Made by a program: the position numbers and the translations under genes. From a virus: 64,000 nucleotides of DNA. A model generated the notes under the pieces. The model saw nothing but the letters and a program-made list of their open reading frames with translations, had not been told where the DNA came from and ran no database searches. Of this stretch, positions 53,765 through 61,253 are shown piece by piece. The first letter of the stretch is position 1, and each line of letters opens with the position of its first letter. The DNA lies in the IMG/VR virus record IMGVR_UViG_3300032156_000001, positions 64,001 through 128,000 of that record; one strand, 5' to 3'.

Positions 53765-56700
53765 ATGCCCGACAGCGACCTTCCGCTCGGCCTCCCGGCC
53801 GCCCAGCCGCTCCAGTTGCGCCGCTTCGACGACCACCACGCCGCGCGCGTCAATATCCTGAACGGCGTCGTGTCGGCGCTGCAGGAGAAGTATCCCGTCG
53901 AGAACGAGCGGTACAGGTTGGAGCTTTCCGGCCTGCACTACAAGCAGCCCAACAGCTACTCGCTGGAGGAGCAGAAGAAGGCGATCATCCACGGCGACTC
54001 GCTGCACGCCAAGCTGCACGGCACGTGGGCGCTGATTGACAAGGCCAGCGGCAAGCCGGTAGACACCAAGGAGACCGTCGTGGCGCACGTGCCGTGGCTG
54101 ACCGAGCGCGGCACGCTCATCCACAACGGGTCCGAGTATTTAATAAGTTCGCAATTCCGTTTGAAGCCCGGCGTCTACTCGCGCATGAAGGACAACGGCA
54201 TCCTGGAGGCCCACGTCAACGTGAAGCCCGGGACCGGGCCGTCCTTCCGCGTCTACATGGAGCCGGAGACCGGCGTGTTCCGCATGGCGGTCGGGCAGTC
54301 CACGCTGAAGCTCTACCCGATCCTGCGATCCATGGGCGTGTCCGACAAGGAGCTGCGCGACGCCTGGGGCGAGGAGCTGCTGCACAAGAACGTCGAGGCC
54401 GAGGACCCGCGCGCGGTAGGCCGCGCGTTCGCGAAGCTGGTCGAGAAGCCCGTCGAGGAAGGGCACCCGACGATCGTGTCTGCCGCGATGCCGGAGCTGC
54501 CGAAGGCGGCCAGCGAGACGCCCGAGACGGTCAAGAAGCTGCAGAAGATCGTCGATGCGCACAAACTTAAAGGCGGATATGGCGACGTTGCCTGGGACGA
54601 GGAGACCGGCGAGACCCACCTGTCCGTCGGCGACTGGCACGAGCAGGAAGACTATGCCGGGCTTGAGAAGGCCATCAAGGCCGTCCCGGGCGTGAAGAAG
54701 TTCCAGGTCGAGGCGGAAATAGGTCCGCCCGACGGCTGGTGGGCCGTCAACCACGGTCGTGAGCCGAAGATCTGGCACAAGCCGAAGCCGCGCGATCCCG
54801 AGCAGGAAGCCGCATTCATGGCCAGCCTCGACGGGCCGCCGCTCAAGATTGTCGGGCAGACGCTCAAGGAGGCCCAGGCGCCGATCGGCCAGAAGACCAC
54901 GGACCGCAAGTGGAAGTACCTGTGGTTCCACGGCGAGCTGTACACGAACCCGCCCGACAAGGAGCACCCGGATCCGTGGGTGCTGCTGAAGGTCCACAAG
55001 GGCCTGCCGCAGGCCGCCTATGCCACGCTGAAGGGCGAGGGCGTCGACTGCGAGCCGCACTACGACGACCCGCACGTCTCCGTCCTGCGCGGCGAGGAAG
55101 TCCGCGAGCTCATAAAGAAGTATGGCGACCAGTGGCAAGGCGCGGCCAAGATCGGTCAGAAGATGCGCTTCCGCCTGAGCAAGATCGTCAGCCTCGTGCC
55201 GGGCGGCTGGCCGGAGATGGACCGCGTGTGGTTCATCGAGGTAGAGTCGCCCGAGCTGGAGGAGTACCGGAAGGACCTCGGCTTCCGCAATCTGCCGCTC
55301 CAGCCGAAGACTGGCAACGAGGTCAGGTTCCATGTCACTTTCGCCGTGAAGCCGAACGTCGCGAGCAAGGCCGCCGCGGCGCTGACCGAGCCGCCCGAGG
55401 AAGGGGCGACGGCGCCGGCGGTCAAGCCGCCCGGCGAGGAAGGCCGGAAGATCCTGCACGCGCTCCAGCAGATGGAGCTCGACCCCGACGTCACGGAGTC
55501 GACGCTAGGCGAGCGGCACGTGAACGTGACGCCGAAGATGATGGTCCGGGCGACAAAGAAGCTGCTGGGCATCCAGAAGGGGACCGAGGAGACCGACGAC
55601 CGCGACTCGCTGGCCTACCAGACGCTGCACTCGCCGGAGGACTTCTTCGCGGAGCGGATCAGGCGCGATGCCGGCGGGCTGGGCAGGCGGATGCTGTGGC
55701 ACGCGACCAGGAAGGGCAACCTCGACTACGTCCAGAGCGGCGCGCTGACGCCGCAGATGCACGCCGTCCTGCTGAGCAGCGGGCTGGCCGCCGCGGCCGA
55801 GGAAACGAACCCGCTCGAGCTGGCCGATCAGCATCATCGCGTCGTGCGCACGGGCGAGGGAGGGATGTCGTGTTATTCGGAAGATACCGAAGTGCTAACG
55901 ATAGAAGGATGGAAACACTGGGGAACCGTCGTCGCTGCTGACGAACTTGCCTGTCGGGTGAACGGTCGGTTGGAGTTCCACCGACCGACGCGTCTTTTTA
56001 GCGGCGCATATCGCGGAAAGCTCTTATCTGCCGATACCCGGGTGATCAACTACGCGGTTACTCCGGATCATAGGGTGTTCGTGTCTTGGGATACGACGAC
56101 GGCCGGCCACGAATCGGTTCGGTCTCCGTTCCGGTTTCGGCCGGCTTTCGATATCCACGGCAAAAGAGTGCGGCATTTGGTTTCCGCTGAACCGTATCTG
56201 GGTGGCAGCCGGCCGGACAAACACGTTTTGCCGCCTGCGCCCGTTGACCGGGAAAACGCAGGATCCGCGAGAAGAGAGGCACTAGAGCTTGATTTTCTGG
56301 ACTGGGTGGAGTTCCTCGGTTGCTACCTGGCTGACGGCAGTTTCAGGTACGATGGCGACCGGCACGAATACCGAACGGAAGTTGGGAAAGTCCGATCATT
56401 GAATCCTGGCGAATACGCTACGATTGACGCCGTTTTGCGCCGATTGGGATTCACTTACAGATATGAGCAGAATCGTCGGTTTATCGTTCACGGGAAACAT
56501 CTGGCACACTACTTGTCGAAGTTTGGTAAAGCATGGACGAAGTACGTGCCGGAATACGTGATGCGCGGCGATATAGAAACGCGAAAGCGTTTCTTCTTTG
56601 CCATAACGACGATGGATCACACGGCGGCGTGCCCTGGACTGTCCTTCAAATATATGTCCGCTTCACCTAAGCTGGCCGAGCAGGTGGCTTGGCTGGCTGT

Positions 56701-59700
56701 TTCTCTCGGATACGCAGTTCACTACCTGACTCGCGTCAACCACAACAGGACCAATCCGATACATGTCATTCATATTTCTGAAGCCTCGGAAAGTCTCGTC
56801 TATCGGCAACACGCCGGCTTGCAGTATCGTGAACTTGATTATGCTGGAACGGTCTATTGCGCGTCTGTTCCTGGGGAGCTGGTATTTATACGTAGACACG
56901 GAAAAACGATGTGGTGTGGCAACTCCTTAGATGCAGTCCCCGAGGAGGCCAGGGTGGTGCAGCCGTCCCACTTCGGCTTCGTCGATCCGAGCCGCGCGCC
57001 CGAATCTGCAAGAATGGGTTTGGACAGCAGGATCGCCCACGGCGCGCTGCGCGGCAGCGACGGCCAGGTCCATGCGCCGATGCTGGACCTGAAGACCGGC
57101 AAGACCGAACTAGTGTCCGCGGCGCAGGCCGTCAAGAGCGTGGTCGCGTTCCCCGGCGAGATGGCCAGGACCGGCGCCACCGCCCGCGCCATGGTGCGCG
57201 GCAAGCGCATCGAGAACGTGCCGAAGGGCGAGGTGGACTTCGAGCTGCCCCACCACGCGCACATGTTCTCCGGGGTGACGAACCTCGTCCCCATGGCCGG
57301 CGCGCTGAAGGGCGGCCGGCTCATGATGGGCGCGAAGTTCTTCAGCCAGGCGCTGCCGCTCCAGCACAGCGAGGCGCCGCTGGTCCAGAACCTGTCGCCG
57401 GACGGCCGCAGCTTCGACGAGATCATGGGCGAGAAGGTCGGCGCGGTGCGGGCGGCCAAGCGCGGCGTCGTTATCGGCATCGACAAGAACAAGGTCCTCG
57501 TCCGCGAGGAGGGCGGCGGCAAGCGCGAGTACCCGCTGTACGACAACTTCGTCTTCAACAGGCGCACCGCGATCCACAACACGCCCGCCGTCGGCATCGG
57601 CGAGACGGTCGAGCCGGGCGCGCTGCTGGCCAGGAGCAACTATACGGACGCCAAGGGCGACACGGCGGTCGGGCTGAACTTGCGGACCGCGTACATGCCG
57701 TTCAAGGGCCTGAACTACGAGGACGCCGTCGTCATCAGCGAGAGCGCCGCCCAGCGGCTCAGCTCCGAGCACATGTTCCAGCGGACGCTCGAGAAGGACG
57801 ACCGCGACATGGAGTTCGGCAAGAAGCCGTTCATGTCGGTCTTCCCGGCCAAGTACGTCAAGGACCAGCTGGGCCGGATGGACGAGCACGGCGTGGTCAG
57901 ACCCGGGACCGTCGTGAAGAAGGGCGACCCGCTGATCCTCGGCATGGAGAAGACGCGGTTCACGCACACGCACCGCGGCCACAAGCCCATCTACACCGAC
58001 GCGTCGGAGACGTGGGACCACGAGGCGGACGGCACCGTCACGGACGTGTCGCCCACCAAGGGCGGCGGCTGGAACGTCACCGTGAAGACGTACCTGCCGG
58101 CGCAGACGGGCGACAAGCTGGCCGCGCGGTTCGGCGACAAGGGCGTCATCTCCGAGGTGATGCCGGACCACCAAATGCCGCACGACTCGCAGGGCAGGCC
58201 CATCGAGCTGTGCCTGAACCCGCTGGGGGTCATCAGCCGCGGCAACCCCGCGCAGGTCTACGAGGCGCTGCTGGGCAAGATCGCCCGGAAGACCGGGCGC
58301 GCGTACGTGGTGCCGTCCTTCCGAAACGGCAGCTGGATCGACTTCGTCCAGGGCGAGCTGCGCAAGAACGGCCTGAGCGACACGGAGGACCTGACCGACC
58401 CCTCGACGGGGACGAAGATCCCCGGCGTCCTGACCGGCGAGCGCTTCATGATGAAGCTGCACCATACCGCCGAGTCGAAGGGCAAGGGCAGGGACGTCGG
58501 CAGCTACACGTCGGAGGGGCTGCCCGCCATAGGGAGCAAGCGGATAGGCCAGATGGAGACCAGCGCGCTGGTCTCGCACAACGTCATGGACGTGCTCAAG
58601 GACGCCAAGCTGGTCCGCGGCCAGAGGAACGACGACTACTGGCGCGAGTTCCGCATGGGCAACGTGCCCGCGTCGCCGCAGACGCCGCTGGTCTACAGGA
58701 AGTTCCTGGCCAGCCTCACGGGCGCCGGCATCAACGTGAAGAAGGAGGGCAACAAGCTCAACCTGTTCGCCCTGACGGACAAGGACGTCGACAAGCTCAG
58801 CGCCGGCGAGGTCAAGGCCCCGCATACCGTCGCCGGCAACGATCTCGCGGAGATAGAGGGCGGCCTGTTCGACAAGGGGCTAACGGGCGGGCATGGCGGT
58901 TCGCGGTGGAGCCACGTGAATCTCGACGAGCCGACGCCCAACCCCGTCATGGAGGAGCCCACTCGCAGGCTGCTCGGCATGACGCAGAAGCAGTTCGAGG
59001 CGGCCATCTCGGCGCGCGGCGGCCAGGGGATCAAGGACGCGCTCTCGAAGATGGACGTGGACCGCGAGATCACTCGGTACGAGGACGAGGTCAAGACGGG
59101 CGCGCGGTCGCGGCGCGATAACGCCGTGAAGTGCCTCGGCTATCTTGAGGCCATGCGGACGCAGGGTTACAAGCCGGAAGAGCTGGTGATGTCGAAGGTC
59201 CCCGTCCTGCCGCCGGGCATGCGCCCCATCGTCCCGTTCCAGGGCAGGCCGCTGGTGTCGGACCCGAACTATCTGTACCGCGACCTGATGCACGCGAACC
59301 AGGATCTGAAGGACGCGAAGGGCGAGCTCGGCGCGGAGCGCGCCGGCGCAGAGCGGCTACGGCTGTACAACGCCTTCAAGGCGGTGACCGGCCTGGGCGA
59401 CCCCGTGCAGGCGAAGACCCGCGAGGCCAACGTGCGCGGCCTGCTGGCGCACGTGTTCGGGACCGGCGGACCCAAGACTTCGATGTTCCAGCGTCGTGTC
59501 CTCAGCACGCCGGTGGACGTGGTCGGGCGCGCGGTCATCACGCCGAACCCGCAGCTGTCGATGGACCAGGTCGGCCTGCCCGAGGAGAAGGCCTGGACGA
59601 TCTACAGACCGTTCATAACCCGCAGGCTGATCCGGCGCGGCATGCCCGCCACCGAGGCCGCGCGCGCCGTGGCGGACAGGCACCCCACGGCGAAGAACGC

Positions 59701-60139
59701 GCTGCTGGAGGAGATGCAGGCCCGGCCCGTCCTCATCAACCGCGCGCCGACGCTGCACAAGTACGGCTTCATGGCGGCGTGGCCGACGCTGGTGAAGGGC
59801 GACACGCTGCAGATCTCGCCGGTGGTGACGCCGGGCTTCGGCGCGGACTTCGACGGCGACGCGATGAACTACCACGTGCCGGTGTCCGACGCCGCCGTCC
59901 GCGAGGCCAAGGAGAAGATGCTGCCGTCGGCGAACTTGCGCGACGTCCGCGGGTTCAAGCTGCACTACCTGCCTCGACACGAGTTCCTGCTTGGGCTATA
60001 CTTGGCCAGCACGGCGGACAACCGCAACGAGCCGCGGTCGTTCCGCACGAGACAGGACGCGCTGCGCGCCTACCGCCGCGGCGAGCTCGGGCTTGGCGAC
60101 CGCGTGGCCACGCTGGACGAAGGGGAGAAGAAGAAATGA
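53765..60139 (+). CDS. phage multisubunit RNA polymerase, beta subunit fused to the N-terminal/catalytic part of beta'; contains an intein and inserted domains
   Basis: beta: GDKLAARFGDKGVI, NPLGVISRGN, FMMKLHH, SKRIGQME. beta': VPVLPPGMRP, SDPNYLYRDL, VDVVGRAVITP, NRAPTLH, GADFDGDAM (DFDGD at 59846-59860). Confidence 0.92.
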   Translation: MPDSDLPLGLPAAQPLQLRRFDDHHAARVNILNGVVSALQEKYPVENERYRLELSGLHYKQPNSYSLEEQKKAIIHGDSLHAKLHGTWALIDKASGKPVDTKETVVAHVPWLTERGTLIHNGSEYLISSQFRLKPGVYSRMKDNGILEAHVNVKPGTGPSFRVYMEPETGVFRMAVGQSTLKLYPILRSMGVSDKELRDAWGEELLHKNVEAEDPRAVGRAFAKLVEKPVEEGHPTIVSAAMPELPKAASETPETVKKLQKIVDAHKLKGGYGDVAWDEETGETHLSVGDWHEQEDYAGLEKAIKAVPGVKKFQVEAEIGPPDGWWAVNHGREPKIWHKPKPRDPEQEAAFMASLDGPPLKIVGQTLKEAQAPIGQKTTDRKWKYLWFHGELYTNPPDKEHPDPWVLLKVHKGLPQAAYATLKGEGVDCEPHYDDPHVSVLRGEEVRELIKKYGDQWQGAAKIGQKMRFRLSKIVSLVPGGWPEMDRVWFIEVESPELEEYRKDLGFRNLPLQPKTGNEVRFHVTFAVKPNVASKAAAALTEPPEEGATAPAVKPPGEEGRKILHALQQMELDPDVTESTLGERHVNVTPKMMVRATKKLLGIQKGTEETDDRDSLAYQTLHSPEDFFAERIRRDAGGLGRRMLWHATRKGNLDYVQSGALTPQMHAVLLSSGLAAAAEETNPLELADQHHRVVRTGEGGMSCYSEDTEVLTIEGWKHWGTVVAADELACRVNGRLEFHRPTRLFSGAYRGKLLSADTRVINYAVTPDHRVFVSWDTTTAGHESVRSPFRFRPAFDIHGKRVRHLVSAEPYLGGSRPDKHVLPPAPVDRENAGSARREALELDFLDWVEFLGCYLADGSFRYDGDRHEYRTEVGKVRSLNPGEYATIDAVLRRLGFTYRYEQNRRFIVHGKHLAHYLSKFGKAWTKYVPEYVMRGDIETRKRFFFAITTMDHTAACPGLSFKYMSASPKLAEQVAWLAVSLGYAVHYLTRVNHNRTNPIHVIHISEASESLVYRQHAGLQYRELDYAGTVYCASVPGELVFIRRHGKTMWCGNSLDAVPEEARVVQPSHFGFVDPSRAPESARMGLDSRIAHGALRGSDGQVHAPMLDLKTGKTELVSAAQAVKSVVAFPGEMARTGATARAMVRGKRIENVPKGEVDFELPHHAHMFSGVTNLVPMAGALKGGRLMMGAKFFSQALPLQHSEAPLVQNLSPDGRSFDEIMGEKVGAVRAAKRGVVIGIDKNKVLVREEGGGKREYPLYDNFVFNRRTAIHNTPAVGIGETVEPGALLARSNYTDAKGDTAVGLNLRTAYMPFKGLNYEDAVVISESAAQRLSSEHMFQRTLEKDDRDMEFGKKPFMSVFPAKYVKDQLGRMDEHGVVRPGTVVKKGDPLILGMEKTRFTHTHRGHKPIYTDASETWDHEADGTVTDVSPTKGGGWNVTVKTYLPAQTGDKLAARFGDKGVISEVMPDHQMPHDSQGRPIELCLNPLGVISRGNPAQVYEALLGKIARKTGRAYVVPSFRNGSWIDFVQGELRKNGLSDTEDLTDPSTGTKIPGVLTGERFMMKLHHTAESKGKGRDVGSYTSEGLPAIGSKRIGQMETSALVSHNVMDVLKDAKLVRGQRNDDYWREFRMGNVPASPQTPLVYRKFLASLTGAGINVKKEGNKLNLFALTDKDVDKLSAGEVKAPHTVAGNDLAEIEGGLFDKGLTGGHGGSRWSHVNLDEPTPNPVMEEPTRRLLGMTQKQFEAAISARGGQGIKDALSKMDVDREITRYEDEVKTGARSRRDNAVKCLGYLEAMRTQGYKPEELVMSKVPVLPPGMRPIVPFQGRPLVSDPNYLYRDLMHANQDLKDAKGELGAERAGAERLRLYNAFKAVTGLGDPVQAKTREANVRGLLAHVFGTGGPKTSMFQRRVLSTPVDVVGRAVITPNPQLSMDQVGLPEEKAWTIYRPFITRRLIRRGMPATEAARAVADRHPTAKNALLEEMQARPVLINRAPTLHKYGFMAAWPTLVKGDTLQISPVVTPGFGADFDGDAMNYHVPVSDAAVREAKEKMLPSANLRDVRGFKLHYLPRHEFLLGLYLASTADNRNEPRSFRTRQDALRAYRRGELGLGDRVATLDEGEKKK
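54940..55350 (+). other. 2H-phosphoesterase-like domain inserted in the RNAP beta region
   Basis: Two HxS/T motifs: PHVSV (55073) and FHVTF (55331). Confidence 0.65.
55871..56923 (+). mobile_element. intein (351 aa) with LAGLIDADG-type homing endonuclease domain
   Basis: Starts CYSEDTEVLT, ends VYCASVPGELVFIRRHGKTMWCGN, +1 Ser; FLGCYLADGSF block; lower GC than the exteins. Confidence 0.9.
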
Positions 60140-61029
60140 GCCAGGATCTTGCTACCTTGAAGCTCGTCATGGAGACCGTGGCGGAGGTCCAGCGGCGCTG
60201 GGAGAAGCGGGGCTTCGTCCCGCTCGATTCCTCCGGCATGATGGTGCAGCCGCAGCAGCAGATGGATCCCTCGATGGGCGGGATGCCCGGCGGGCAGCCG
60301 CCGGGAGCTCCTCCGGGGCCCATGCCCCCCGGCGGCGCGCCCCCGCCCGGCGCGGGCGGAATGCCCCCGGGAGCGCCACCGGAAGCCGGTGGAATGCCGC
60401 CGGAAGCCGGCGGCGCTGCTCCCGGTGGGGCTCCTCCCGGCCAGCCCGTCATGGTCAGCCTGAACGACCTGATCCAGCTGTTCCAGATGATCGTCCAGCA
60501 GCTCGGCGGCGCGGCTGCCCCTGGCGGGGCGGCCGCCCCGGCGCAGGCCCCCGCGGAAGCGCCCAAGAAGGGCAAGGTCGCCGTGGAAGAACAGCTGGCG
60601 CAACTGAACGCGAAGCTCGATCAGCTGCTCGGCGCGCTGGGCGGCGGCTCCGCTCCGGCTCCCGCTCCCACCGGGGGCCCTCCTGCTGCCGCCCCCGCCG
60701 AGCCGACGCAGGCCGGCCCCGTCGCGCCCGCGGCGCCGATGCAGGTCCAGGCCAGCGCGATCGGCAAGCCGGAAGAGGACCCCGGCGAGCCGCCTTCGCT
60801 GTCCGACCCGATCAAGACGGCCGAGATCCCGACGAGCGGCCCGGCGAACCCCGCGCTTGGCGCGGCGACCCCGGCCGCCGCAGTTCCTCCGCCGGCGCTT
60901 CCCCCGCCGGCCTCGATGCAGCCGCCCACCGCTGTCGCCATGCAGCAGCCGGCAGGTGGGCTGGCGGGTGCCAAGGCGCAGTCGATGGCCAAGAGGATAA
61001 CCGAACTGAGAGGAGCGCCCAAGAAGTGA
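60136..61029 (+). CDS. Pro/Gly/Ala-rich low-complexity protein
   Basis: ATG 60136 overlaps the RNAP stop; PPGA/APA tracts around short helices. Confidence 0.7.
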   Translation: MSQDLATLKLVMETVAEVQRRWEKRGFVPLDSSGMMVQPQQQMDPSMGGMPGGQPPGAPPGPMPPGGAPPPGAGGMPPGAPPEAGGMPPEAGGAAPGGAPPGQPVMVSLNDLIQLFQMIVQQLGGAAAPGGAAAPAQAPAEAPKKGKVAVEEQLAQLNAKLDQLLGALGGGSAPAPAPTGGPPAAAPAEPTQAGPVAPAAPMQVQASAIGKPEEDPGEPPSLSDPIKTAEIPTSGPANPALGAATPAAAVPPPALPPPASMQPPTAVAMQQPAGGLAGAKAQSMAKRITELRGAPKK

Positions 61030-61253
61030 AGGTGCGCGTGCAGTCAGGCGACATGAGCTCCGTGGAGTTGGAGGACGCCCGCAGCGCGGTGGTCATAGAC
61101 GACCACGGGCAGCCGATCGTGCTGGTGCAGTCGATGGCGCCTGGCCAAGTCCTGGTAGCGCGGGCGTCGGACCCGAACTTCAGGAAGCAGATCGAGGCGC
61201 TCGGCATAGGGTTGCGAGCCGATTTCGAGGTGCGAAAGGGCCATGCGAGCTGA
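61026..61253 (+). CDS. small hypothetical protein
   Basis: GTG 61026 overlaps the upstream stop; 75 aa. Confidence 0.55.
   Translation: MKVRVQSGDMSSVELEDARSAVVIDDHGQPIVLVQSMAPGQVLVARASDPNFRKQIEALGIGLRADFEVRKGHAS

Noticed and set aside
53765-60139. Cellular rpoB-rpoC locus of a bacterial chromosome
   Set aside because: Highly divergent and truncated, with no ribosomal-protein neighbours; the context is portal, fibres and holin-like genes
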